Virus record (IMG/VR): IMGVR_UViG_2906976556_000001
Coordinates: 1 to 64,000 of that record
DNA: 64,000 nucleotides
Reading direction: 5' to 3' (one strand)
Source of the DNA: a virus
Taxonomy: Duplodnaviria; Caudoviricetes
Both the position numbers and the translations under genes were made by a program. This document shows positions 36,670-46,415 of this stretch, in pieces; the stretch's first letter is position 1; each line of letters starts with the position of its first letter. The notes beneath the pieces were generated by a model. That model did no database searches and was not told where the DNA came from. It was given only the letters and a program-made list of their open reading frames with translations.

Positions 36670-38704
36670 CGACGTACCTGTCGTTCCACAAGCCGTCCCG
36701 CAACCACGAGCCCTGGCCGTACACAAGACGATTCCCGAAGAACCGCTCAGCCTGAGCTGGGTCGGTCTCGCCGATCTCCAGCGCTTCCGCCTCGATCGAG
36801 TCGAGGTTCACCCACGGCGAACCCTCGTACACGTACTTCAGGATCTTCCGACGCTCACGCTTGTTGCCCCACGAAAGGCCAACCGGCGGAATGCGGTAGA
36901 ACTTGAACACGTCAGTCACCCGCGACTCGTAGGTCTGCTGAGCGGTCGAGTTCTCGGCCGGATCCCACGCATTCGTGGTCTCCATCGTCCGACCGTTCAT
37001 GCCGGCTGCGCCGCGACGCTGATCCTGAGCGACCTTCAGCATCTTGTTCGACCGCGTGTACAAGCCGGACTCGTCGTGCAGCACCCAGGACACCGGGTTA
37101 CCGACACGACCATTCGCCGACGACGTCACTGCGTCGATCCGGTCGAAATCCTCACCCGGACTTTCGCCTGCGATTCGAACGAAACCCTCGCGCACGAACA
37201 GCAACTCGGACAGGGGCCCAAGACGGATCATCGCCGTCAGCGGCCGATAGACGTTGTCGACCTGGTCCTCGTTCGTCGCAGTCAGCTGAATGACTGGCGA
37301 CGGATGCCGCATCCCCATCGGCTCCCCCGGCTCATACGGAAACTCCCAGCCGCACGAGCACCCGTAGTCAGAGCACGCATACCCGTCATCGCGACCAGCC
37401 CATCCGAGGAACTGACTCGGGCCGACAGCCTCGAACGTCGCCATCGATGCCGACCACGGTCCCTTGCCTGTGTTGCAGGTCGGAATCATCTCCCGGCCGG
37501 CGAGGAACACGTGCGAGTCTGCAGCGACAGTCAGGCATTGCGTGGGGACAGTTTCGACGCGCTCCACACTGACAATCCGACGGTGACCGAACTGGGCGTG
37601 ACCGCGGCCAGGGGAACGTAGGCGTTCCTGCTTCCGATCCAAGCCGAACACCGGCATATCGCTGCGAGCAGAGAAAGCTATGCGCCACTTTGGGCCAGTC
37701 ACACGGCCTTTCAACGTCGCGTGACCCGAGTAGCACTTCGGCCGGATACCAAGCGACGCGAGGAGCTCAAGCATCCCGTCGCGGAGGGCTGAAAGTGTGG
37801 TCGTGAACTCGCACTTGCCCTGACGCTCGTCGCAGTGCCCGTCCGTGTCCATCAAGCCCTGCAGCAACGACCAACGTTGCTTCTCCGATGACCGCAAGTA
37901 CTCAGCCGGAATGTGCTTGTTATTCAACACGCCCAGCCGTCGAAGTGTCGCCTTCAACCCGACGACGCCAACCCGCTTCTCGACCTTGTGGCGCCGAACT
38001 TCGTGACCCGCGAGCTCAATGTTCTCCCAGATCTGGACGTCCAGTCCAGTGAGTCGACCATCATCGGAATTACCGTCACCCAGCCATGCACCCAGCGTGT
38101 ATGGGTCAAGCAGCAACTCGGCGTCGGGCAACTGCAGCGGCTTCGCATTCGGGACACGGAACACCCGCGCACCATCGCGAACCAAGTTCCCCACGAGATC
38201 CTCGGTCCGCACCCGCATCGGCACGTACTTGGACGACGGATTCCGCCACTCGACCCACCACTGATGGTCCTTGCACGCCGTCAACGACGAACCGTCCGAA
38301 AACGCCACCCGGTATGTATCCGAATGCCAGACAGGAGACTTCGACACGACACGGGTGGGGTCACCCTGCTCGTCGAACACGAAATCTCCGACTTGCAGAG
38401 CCGCCATCGTCGACCAACCGTCAGGAGTAGCGATCGGCGTATCCAGCGCCAACGCCTTCTGCGGCGCGACGATCTGAGCTCGGCGATAGGTGAACGCCTG
38501 GTTGAACAACGGCTGCCCGTCGATCCACTCCACGCCCGGTCGGATCCGGTAGTAGTTGGCGGAGCACCAGAACTGCCAATCCGACCACACGAACTCGGCG
38601 CCACGGTTGTAGCCGTCCGGGATCCGGCAGTGCTGCCGAGTCCACGCTTCCCCAAGATCACCAAGAGTGGGGAAGTCGACCAGGAAGCCGTCAGTTGCCT
38701 CCAC
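36653..38704 (-). CDS. Terminase large subunit, ATPase domain, intein-containing
   Basis: Walker A APQK/TGKG split by intein; Walker B VLHDE. Confidence 0.9.
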   Translation of the reverse strand: MEATDGFLVDFPTLGDLGEAWTRQHCRIPDGYNRGAEFVWSDWQFWCSANYYRIRPGVEWIDGQPLFNQAFTYRRAQIVAPQKALALDTPIATPDGWSTMAALQVGDFVFDEQGDPTRVVSKSPVWHSDTYRVAFSDGSSLTACKDHQWWVEWRNPSSKYVPMRVRTEDLVGNLVRDGARVFRVPNAKPLQLPDAELLLDPYTLGAWLGDGNSDDGRLTGLDVQIWENIELAGHEVRRHKVEKRVGVVGLKATLRRLGVLNNKHIPAEYLRSSEKQRWSLLQGLMDTDGHCDERQGKCEFTTTLSALRDGMLELLASLGIRPKCYSGHATLKGRVTGPKWRIAFSARSDMPVFGLDRKQERLRSPGRGHAQFGHRRIVSVERVETVPTQCLTVAADSHVFLAGREMIPTCNTGKGPWSASMATFEAVGPSQFLGWAGRDDGYACSDYGCSCGWEFPYEPGEPMGMRHPSPVIQLTATNEDQVDNVYRPLTAMIRLGPLSELLFVREGFVRIAGESPGEDFDRIDAVTSSANGRVGNPVSWVLHDESGLYTRSNKMLKVAQDQRRGAAGMNGRTMETTNAWDPAENSTAQQTYESRVTDVFKFYRIPPVGLSWGNKRERRKILKYVYEGSPWVNLDSIEAEALEIGETDPAQAERFFGNRLVYGQGSWLRDGLWNDRYVDAVAS
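37472..38455 (-). mobile_element. Class-3 intein with LAGLIDADG homing endonuclease (328 aa)
   Basis: Starts ALALDTPIATPDGW; block B DHQW; LGAWLGDG and LQGLMDTDG; block F TQCLTV; ends PTCN before Thr+1. Confidence 0.85.
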
Positions 38705-39173
38705 CGGCGACCGCCCTCAAACGGCGAGCTGGACGAGGCTTCGCCTCCGACTTCGCAGCCGTTGCTCGCTTCGATTCACGGGCCGCGCCGACTTCATCCG
38801 CGACGATCTGCCAGCCGTTCTCTTTCAGTCCTGCGGGACTGAGTCCGATCTGATCGGCAAGCCGCTGTGCCTGGACAGCGTCGGCGGCCGGCGAATCGGG
38901 ATTCTCGGCGCGCACTGTCCAACGGACCCAGAGCCCGACCGAACGGTGACGCCACTTCTGGCCGACCCACTGCGTCGCCTGCGGAGTTCGCCACGCCTCT
39001 TTCCACACATCCCGTTCCCGTGCAGTCGCACGAGACAACGGCCAAGCCGGAACCCGACCAGTGAATCCCTCCGCCGGAAGGTCCACCAGCGAGATCCCCC
39101 TTCGGTCGGACCGAGCAGAGTTCGGATCTTTCTGCGGCCCGGATCTGTTCCGAGCACCGCCATGACCGGCCAT
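38691..39173 (-). CDS. Terminase small subunit
   Basis: GGARNRSGP, W...WRTPQA..W, IGLSPAGL..NGW. Confidence 0.85.
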   Translation of the reverse strand: MAGHGGARNRSGPQKDPNSARSDRRGISLVDLPAEGFTGRVPAWPLSRATARERDVWKEAWRTPQATQWVGQKWRHRSVGLWVRWTVRAENPDSPAADAVQAQRLADQIGLSPAGLKENGWQIVADEVGAARESKRATAAKSEAKPRPARRLRAVAGGGN

Positions 39174-39492
39174 GTGATTTCTCCTCCGTGGCATCGCGCC
39201 ACAAACGGAAGCCCGTCGGCATCGCGCCGACCGGATGGAACGAATCTGCGTGCCGGCCGAGCGCGCAAAGGCGCTGGGGCACAGCCGAGGAAGCTACAAC
39301 CAAAGTGCTGGACATCGAAGGCGGTCCGGAATTCTTGAACCCTCCGCGCCATCGGCTGACCTCCCCCGCGGCGAAACGCGGGTGGGGGGTCTGGGGGTCA
39401 CCCCCCGCCCCGGTGTTTCCGCTGGTCAGAGGCTTGCCGGATTGTCGTTACCGATGCGAACGAGTTTACGTTTCCGCTGGTCAGAGCTGGTG

Positions 39493-39846
39493 TCAGAATC
39501 GGGCGGCCTGGCGGGAGTTGCAGGATCGGCAGGTGACGGAGAGCGGTCCGCGTGGGTCGCCGCCGAGGGCGATAGGGGTCACGTGGTTGGCGGTGAGGCC
39601 GCCGTCCCGCTCTGTGAGGTAGTGGGCGGGGCGTCCGATTCCGGGGCACCATTCGCCGTTGATCGCTCGGTGGGCGTCGACGGCTGCCTTGCGGCGTGCC
39701 TGCTCTTCACCGTCGCGTGTGGCCTTCGTGGGGACTGTCGCTCGTTGATGTCGTTCTCGGTCCTTTGCATGCTCCCGGCACAGGGGGCCGGCCTGCATGC
39801 GTGGGCATCCGGCGATGCGGCACACCTTCAGCGTGGCGCGTGACAC
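39493..39846 (-). CDS. HNH endonuclease (packaging-associated)
   Basis: C...GCP...C..H; TANHVTP...GG...CRSCNS; directly upstream of terS. Confidence 0.8.
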   Translation of the reverse strand: MSRATLKVCRIAGCPRMQAGPLCREHAKDRERHQRATVPTKATRDGEEQARRKAAVDAHRAINGEWCPGIGRPAHYLTERDGGLTANHVTPIALGGDPRGPLSVTCRSCNSRQAARF

Positions 39847-40010
39847 TACTCGTGGAGCTCTCTGCCGTCGAGGCTGTGGTGAGTGACCAGCCAGCCCATG
39901 CTGCCGTCGTCGCGTGGTACAGGCTCGGTGGTTGGGCCGCACGGGCAGTCGCCGTCGAGGTGTTCGATGAGGTCGTCGACTGGCACGACGTGGATGTCGC
40001 CGGTGGCCAT
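39846..40010 (-). CDS. Small Cys/His phage protein
   Basis: Hand-translated MATGDIHVVPVDDLIEH..DCPCGP...HHSLDGRE*. Confidence 0.6.
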   Translation of the reverse strand: MATGDIHVVPVDDLIEHLDGDCPCGPTTEPVPRDDGSMGWLVTHHSLDGRELHE

Positions 40011-40291
40011 CAGTCTTCGCCGAACAGGACTGCGCTCGCGATGCCGTCCTCACGGATAGAGGCGACATTGAGAATGCCTTGGCTGTCTCCGATGTCCATG
40101 CTGCTTCGCTTGAAGAACGACCATGCCACCAGGTCGTCATCTCCGTCGAAGTAGCTGGCCTTCGAGACGAGGTACCAGGCGGTGATGATCTTGCCGCTGT
40201 CCGGATCGTCCTCGCCGTACGCGACACGGGCTTGTTCGATCGCGGCTTCGATGGCGTCGTCGGCTGCGATCTGTTCGGGTGTGCGTGACAC
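40010..40291 (-). CDS. Hypothetical phage protein
   Basis: RTPEQIAADDAIEAAI; coupled. Confidence 0.6.
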   Translation of the reverse strand: MSRTPEQIAADDAIEAAIEQARVAYGEDDPDSGKIITAWYLVSKASYFDGDDDLVAWSFFKRSSMDIGDSQGILNVASIREDGIASAVLFGED

Positions 40292-41040
40292 TGACTGGCT
40301 CCGTTCGGTGTTCGCTTACCCGCCGGTGAGGGATGGTGACTTCATGCTGGTCAGAAGCGTGAGTCGTGTGGGTATCGGGCGAGGAGATTGTCGAGCCGCT
40401 CAGTCTGAACCAGCTCGGCGTCGAGGTCGCCGCGCTCCCTAGCTCCGAGGACGAGGAGGTAGGCGTCGGTGATCTGCTGCTCGAGTGACGGCATCAGCAG
40501 CCATCCTGCTCAGGATGCTGCGGCCCGTAGTTGCAGACGAAGCGGTTACCGCCAGCAGTGACTGTGATGCGATGCTGGCCATGATGATCCGACTCAGACA
40601 CTGTGTACGACTGCGGTGCAAGGCGATACGCGATCGCATGCAACAGGTTCGCGATACGCGTCATGACCGTGCCCGTCGAACAGCCCAACGGATGACTGAC
40701 GCCACGATCTCGGACCACCAGTCGGCGAGCATGGTCAGCGCCGCAGATTCTCGATCATCGAGCGGATGTGCGCGATGGAGATCTCCGTCGCGCCGGACAT
40801 CTCAAAGGCCCTCAGATACTGGTCAATCAATACGTACGGGATAACCGTGTCATCGGCTAGGAGCGCGCGAGCCTCAGCGAGCATCGCTACATCCTGCGTC
40901 CGGTGTAGGTCAGGCTCTGCTGGATTCCCTTTGAGATTGCCTCGTTCACGCCCGGCGCACTGTGAACGTTGCACTTCATCACCACAGGCTTGATCGGGGA
41001 CAGGTGGTTCGCGGTCACACGCAGAACCTCAGCCAACCAA

Positions 41041-41334
41041 CTACGCATGACTCGCCACCCACTCCGTTGCAACCCGTCCCGCATAATCCAGGACTAGAAG
41101 TTTCTCGCTGGTTTCTGCCTGGACGATGCTTGCGGTGTGTACGAACCCACCGACCCGAGCTGCCGAGCGGTCATACGTGACGTAGACGCCGCGATCGGAG
41201 AACGCTTCATTAGCGATAGCGCGAGCCGAAGGATCGGCAAGCGGGATGGTGCACCGAGTGTCCGTGCATTTCCATCCATCCGCCGCCGAGCCGAGGAGTT
41301 TCCATTCCTCGCCCCAGATATTCACCGCAGTCAT
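41041..41334 (-). CDS. Hypothetical protein
   Basis: Coupled ORF starting MTAVNIWGEEW. Confidence 0.5.
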   Translation of the reverse strand: MTAVNIWGEEWKLLGSAADGWKCTDTRCTIPLADPSARAIANEAFSDRGVYVTYDRSAARVGGFVHTASIVQAETSEKLLVLDYAGRVATEWVASHA

Positions 41335-41683
41335 GCCGACACCTTCCCCGCACGTGCAGCCTGCTGAAAGGCCAATCGCGCGTCGCTGACGACATCGTCG
41401 TTGAATGCTGCCGGGTTCATACCCAGCGCCTCGCAGAGTTTGCCGAATGCATTGTCGAATAGCGAACCGGCCTCCACTGCCGGGACGAGATCGCCGACAG
41501 CGTTTCGGACTGTTTGCCCATCTTCCTTTACGCACGCCCAAGTTCCAGCGGCGTGTGTACCGACATTGCCTTTACCTGCGATCAGGTGCAATCCACCGCG
41601 TTCATCGACATGCCATTTCGTGGCTGTCGGATATTCGACCGTCGAGCGGTGGTCGTCGGTGCGCATGCGGACAGTGATCATGA
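41331..41683 (-). CDS. Hypothetical phage protein
   Basis: ORF after GAAAG RBS; WHVDERGGLH motif. Confidence 0.55.
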
Positions 41684-41913
41684 TGATCTTTCTGGTGATG
41701 GTGGTGGTACTGCTCAACCCGGCATTGGCGGGAAGTGAGTTGGCTCCCTGCTCCGTGATCGCACGGACACCCGGGGGAGGATGCTGGGGAAGTCAGGGAG
41801 CCAAGACTGGGATACAAGAATGTCGGTGCAACTGGATTTGGACACAGTTCACCGACAGGGATCAGCGTAGCATTTGATGTCGCGAACGCGACATGACACG
41901 CGACATCGCGACA

Positions 41914-42522
41914 TCATGCAACTTTCGCGCAGCCAATCGCCGCCGCCAGCAACTCAAACGACGTCGGCGGCCAAACCGTCCCACACGAGAGGCAGCGAGC
42001 TTCCTGGGCCGTCACCAACAGCGCTGGCTGCTTCACGTTCTCGTCGAGGTCATCCCGACGCCACACCGTCTTCGCCTCGCACTGTGGGCAGGCGCCAGTC
42101 ACCTCCACCTCGGAGACGCCGTCGAGCAGGTTATTGATTGTCTTCACCCAGCCGCGAATGGTCAGCGCCCACTTCTGTAGCTCGGACGAGTCCTGCGGCC
42201 TCCAACCCATATGGGGAAGATCTGCAAGGAGAGAAAGGGTATGGCCTCGGTGAGGCGCCGCCCACTCCGCTACGGTTCGCTCGATACGCTCCACCAGATC
42301 GAGACCGGCAATCCACACCGAAGGCCGGGATCGGAACGCTGACTTGCCTTCGCCTGACTGTTGTCCGTGCAGAGCAGTCTTCAGTTGCACGTACAGGTTC
42401 GGCGCCGTGTACACCTGCCCGTCAGCATCTCGCATCGTTTGGACCTTGATGAGGTCATGGATGGCGTCGTCGAGTGCCGTGATGGCGGCTGGCAGGTATT
42501 CAGCATCGGTAGTAACGCTCAT
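41914..42522 (-). CDS. Zn-ribbon protein, putative late-transcription regulator
   Basis: CPQC...CLSCG..W; sits at the early/late boundary. Confidence 0.6.
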   Translation of the reverse strand: MSVTTDAEYLPAAITALDDAIHDLIKVQTMRDADGQVYTAPNLYVQLKTALHGQQSGEGKSAFRSRPSVWIAGLDLVERIERTVAEWAAPHRGHTLSLLADLPHMGWRPQDSSELQKWALTIRGWVKTINNLLDGVSEVEVTGACPQCEAKTVWRRDDLDENVKQPALLVTAQEARCLSCGTVWPPTSFELLAAAIGCAKVA

Positions 42523-43003
42523 ATTCTCGACTTCCATTGTGGGACAACGGTATACGGAATCAATTGTACCGGACATGCACCAAAAACTCGAGCTGTCAAC
42601 ACCCCTGGAAAGATAACGATTTACAGCAGGTCAACCCGTCAGTCCCTCTCCCACCCGAAAGCATCCGCAGGCAACCCGTCCGTCTCCACCGGCGACACGA
42701 ACACCTCAGTACGGGTAACAGTCACCGTCTTCCGCACCCCACGAATCTCCGGAAACGTGTACTTCTCCCAACCGGAATCAGGATTCAACGCCTTGAGGTC
42801 GGCCACAGCCTGCTTCAAATCACGGTTACCACGCAGATGACTTTCGATGGCGGCCTCACGCGTCGGTCCCGACGCATAGCGATCACTGTCATCGGTGACT
42901 GTCGCCCACTCCACCCGCGTCTGCGTGAACTCGTGAGTCGATCCCGACAGGATCGCGGGGATGAGGTCATCAGACGCCTTCGGGCCTTTCACGCGCCCAT
43001 CTT

Positions 43004-43429
43004 TCACTGTTCCCCCTCCACTTCCGCCCATGTGCCGCACGATGGTTTCCGCTTGGTAAGTACCTCGACCGCAATCGGGCGACCTTGTCTGTCGCAGTGA
43101 CGTTTCATCGCGAATCCGTGCTTGTCCGTGTAAAGCCGAATCCGCTCGGAGTACGCGATACTGCCGATGACGACTTCCGGCGGACTCTGCAGGGTGAACG
43201 ATTCGATTCGGGCCGAATGAATGTCTTCGCATCGAAACCACACCGGCTCCGCGAGGACGTCGTCTAGAAGTTCTCCGTCACCAAAGTACTGCTTTGGGGC
43301 GAGAGACCGTTCCGCCGCGATAGCTTGGACCGCCGAGTTCTGTTCGAGCACAGCCGCTATCCGCCGCAACGTCGCAACCTCCTCACGCTGCAACGCCAAC
43401 CTCTCCTCGCGGTACTCCGACTTCCTCAC
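43004..43429 (-). CDS. Hypothetical protein
   Basis: 141-aa coupled ORF. Confidence 0.5.
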   Translation of the reverse strand: MRKSEYREERLALQREEVATLRRIAAVLEQNSAVQAIAAERSLAPKQYFGDGELLDDVLAEPVWFRCEDIHSARIESFTLQSPPEVVIGSIAYSERIRLYTDKHGFAMKRHCDRQGRPIAVEVLTKRKPSCGTWAEVEGEQ

Positions 43430-43687
43430 GACTCACCCAGCCAATACATGACAGCCAGGAACGCGAGCACGAGTCCGAAGCTGACGACCAAAGCCCATTC
43501 ACTCACTGGCAGATCGCTTTCTGTGTCGTCGGCCATTCGAACGGAAGCCGTGGCGGCCACAGCCTCACCGTCACGACGAGCGGCGGATTTGCGTCCTGGA
43601 GGATCCGCGACATCTGGTCGCCCCAACGCTTCTGACGACACTGCGGGCAGTAGCAGAGCATCCAGTCCGCTGCATACGAGTTGTCCA

Positions 43688-44587
43688 TCAGAAGTCTCCT
43701 GGCGCGACCTGGAAGCAGGGCAGGCCAATCTCCCGCCACATTTGCACGACCTGCGTTCGATCATCGAATACGGCCTGCACGTTGTACCGGTGGCGCACAT
43801 GCTTGTCGAACAGTTCAGCCTTCACGACGGCGTCCTTGCGTCCGTCACCGTTCTGGCGCATCAGCAGCTCGTCGAAGCGGACGTCGAAGCGATGAAGCCA
43901 CGCCGCCGTGTCTGCTAGGCAGGAATCTTCGCGGCCGGACATCACGATGATCTTGCCGTCGAGCCGATCGATAACCTCTGCGACGTGAACCACCAGCGTG
44001 TCCTCGGAGACGCGCGTGTAGTCGTACGGTCCACGGTCGCCCATCGAAGCGAGGGTGCCGTCGACATCGACGATGTAGGCGCGCGGCGAAGACAGGTCCG
44101 GCACATACGGTGCTGGCTTCACCGCGACGTCAGGCCGCACCTCGATCGGCTGCCACGACTTGATCGGGAACCGTGCCGCCATATCGCGGATCGCCGTCTC
44201 GCCGACGAACCGGCCACCCTCGACTGCACGGTGCTTGTCGCGGCGTAGGCATTCCTCCAACGGCGTCGGGACATCCTGCGTCACGAAGTCGGCGCCCACC
44301 TGTTTCGCCAGAGACGCGATCTCGCGGGCGTACTTCATCCGCAGATTCGTATCATCGAACACCACCGAGACGCCATTCTCGAGCAGATGTTTCGCCGCGG
44401 TGTGCTGGGCGATCGTGACGGCCCGCTCTTGTAGATAGGTGCCAACACCATCGACAGCGAACAGGGACGCACGGAGATCGTCTCGGTTCAGCCGGGCACG
44501 CCTCTCCGGGTCCTCGGCGACCCAGGTGCGAGCCCACGTCGTCTTACCGGATCCTGGGTAGCCGCGCGTCGCGACGACGACGGTCAT
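43688..44587 (-). CDS. Polynucleotide 5'-kinase/3'-phosphatase (T4 PseT-like)
   Basis: P-loop GYPGSGKT, RDDLR, DDTN; HAD motifs DVDGT, SGR, FDDR. Confidence 0.92.
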   Translation of the reverse strand: MTVVVATRGYPGSGKTTWARTWVAEDPERRARLNRDDLRASLFAVDGVGTYLQERAVTIAQHTAAKHLLENGVSVVFDDTNLRMKYAREIASLAKQVGADFVTQDVPTPLEECLRRDKHRAVEGGRFVGETAIRDMAARFPIKSWQPIEVRPDVAVKPAPYVPDLSSPRAYIVDVDGTLASMGDRGPYDYTRVSEDTLVVHVAEVIDRLDGKIIVMSGREDSCLADTAAWLHRFDVRFDELLMRQNGDGRKDAVVKAELFDKHVRHRYNVQAVFDDRTQVVQMWREIGLPCFQVAPGDF

Positions 44588-45672
44588 GCGACTGCCTCCG
44601 AATGGTCGAGCATGAACGTGTCACCGCGGGGTTTCAGGGTCTTCCAGATGGCGGTGTTCATGCGGTCCTGCTGGCCGTCGAGGAGGCAGAACAGTAGCGG
44701 CGTGTTGTCGTGACGTTTCGCGATCTCGGCGAATTCTCGGCGGTCACCAGATGGCGCGATTTCGCGGATCGAATCGAATGCGGCGCGCGCAGTGTCCGCT
44801 ATGGCCCGGTGCTGCTTCTGCAGCGTGAGCCAAGTCTTGGTGAGCCAGTCGTGGAATTCGTCGGGCAGGTCGAGAACGAGATCCTCGAACGGCTTCCCGG
44901 CGGCGGCATGCTCCCACACCGTCTTCTCGGACATGCCCGTCACGATCTTGTGGAGCTGCACGTACCGTTCCAGCTTCAGCTTGACCATGGTGCCGTCTTG
45001 GAAGTGGACGACGAAGCCCTCGGCGTTGTCTCGGACTGGCGCTCGAAGTGCCTCCCCGAGAGTGGCGTACGGGAACCGTTCCGCTTTCCGGCCAGGCCAC
45101 TCGTAGCCGGCATGCGGGGACCCGACGTGCCCGGTCTCGTTGTCCACCACCGCGAGCAGGACGAGTCCCTCGAAGTCGTAGTCGACGACGATTCGGTTCG
45201 CCCTGTAGATGATCTCGAACAGGTACGTGAACCCCGGCTCCGGGCTCCACACATCGAAGTAGAGGTCCGTGAAGTGTTGGGTCGCCCACTTCGCTTGATC
45301 TGATTCGAACGAGCCGCGGGTCGCGATCGCATACCCGCCCTGGCCTGTCGGGTACAGGATGCCGAGTGAGCCGTCGAGTTTGTCAGTCACTTCCACCGGT
45401 GCCGACAGGTCGAGCTGCGGCAGCCGGTCGCCGTCGTGCTCGGCGTCGTTAAAGAACTTCGGGAACGGCCGGGCGATAACTTCACCGGTGTCGTCGACGA
45501 TGAGTCCGCGGCACTGCAGAGTGACGTCGTCCCACGTGCGCGAGTAGGCGGCGAGCTCCGAGTAGTTGTAGATCCGGTACGGCAACGTCGGATGCGCGCG
45601 GACTTTGACCATGCCCTCATCGATCCGGGCCTGCAGCGCAACCGGACTCATAAGCTGGTCGATGTTCACCAT
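44584..45672 (-). CDS. RNA ligase (T4 Rnl1-like)
   Basis: CRGLI, RPFPKFFN, motif I KLDGSL, FEII, EGFVV, VKLK. Confidence 0.92.
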   Translation of the reverse strand: MVNIDQLMSPVALQARIDEGMVKVRAHPTLPYRIYNYSELAAYSRTWDDVTLQCRGLIVDDTGEVIARPFPKFFNDAEHDGDRLPQLDLSAPVEVTDKLDGSLGILYPTGQGGYAIATRGSFESDQAKWATQHFTDLYFDVWSPEPGFTYLFEIIYRANRIVVDYDFEGLVLLAVVDNETGHVGSPHAGYEWPGRKAERFPYATLGEALRAPVRDNAEGFVVHFQDGTMVKLKLERYVQLHKIVTGMSEKTVWEHAAAGKPFEDLVLDLPDEFHDWLTKTWLTLQKQHRAIADTARAAFDSIREIAPSGDRREFAEIAKRHDNTPLLFCLLDGQQDRMNTAIWKTLKPRGDTFMLDHSEAVA

Positions 45673-46415
45673 GCGATCTCCCCGAGGTAGTGGCGGCGGA
45701 CGCGCTGCAGGAAGTCCTCGACCGGCGCCTCGTCCGGCTGGTCGGGCAGCGGGGACGTGGCAGCGTTGAACTTGATCTGGTATTCGGTGATGAGGGTGCG
45801 GGCGGCGAGCGCTTCGGGATCGTTGACTATCGACCGACCGAAGTCGAAGAAGGGCTGCGGATCCGGCACCTTGATCGGCAGCACGCCGGTCGTGTACAGC
45901 TCGTAGCCCTGCCACAGCAGCCTCATCGTGTGCCGAGCGTGCTTCTCGCGGCGGGTCTCGAGCGACCCTTGGAAGCGTCCACGGTGCACGAGACGGTGGA
46001 ACTGGCTGGTGGCGTAACCGAAGAACGCGTCGCGGACTCGTTTCCTCGTGAGGAAGTTCGATCGCAGCGAGATCAGTTCCTCACCGAACTGGTTCTGTCG
46101 GAGGTAGTGGGGGAGCCACAGGATCTCGGACGCGGTCGGGTTGCACGACAACATGAGGCCGAGCGCCTTGCCGAGTTCGTGGAACGTGGTGTCCGGGTCC
46201 TTCCGCTTCCACGTCGCCCGTTCACGCTGCGGCGGATGCAGTCCCAGCAGCACTTCGGTCGGTTCGACGTAGATGCCGGAGTAGTCGATGTCTGAAGTTG
46301 GCGTGTTCAGCCCGTAGGCGACCGACCCGACGACGCCTTCCAGAAGGATGTGCGAGGTGCGGGTTTCGGGGTTGAACTTCGGGTGTGGTCGAACGAGTTT
46401 CGCGGTGTCGCTCAT
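45666..46415 (-). CDS. Pol-beta-superfamily nucleotidyltransferase (RlaP-like)
   Basis: GSVAYGL..PTSDIDYSG, NPT..E.LW, KHARH..RLL. Confidence 0.85.
   Translation of the reverse strand: MSDTAKLVRPHPKFNPETRTSHILLEGVVGSVAYGLNTPTSDIDYSGIYVEPTEVLLGLHPPQRERATWKRKDPDTTFHELGKALGLMLSCNPTASEILWLPHYLRQNQFGEELISLRSNFLTRKRVRDAFFGYATSQFHRLVHRGRFQGSLETRREKHARHTMRLLWQGYELYTTGVLPIKVPDPQPFFDFGRSIVNDPEALAARTLITEYQIKFNAATSPLPDQPDEAPVEDFLQRVRRHYLGEIAW

Noticed and set aside
42563-42599. Consensus TTGACA and TACAAT promoter boxes on the minus strand
   Set aside because: Spacing is 25 bp, so they do not form one canonical promoter, although a promoter in this AT-richer gap is plausible.
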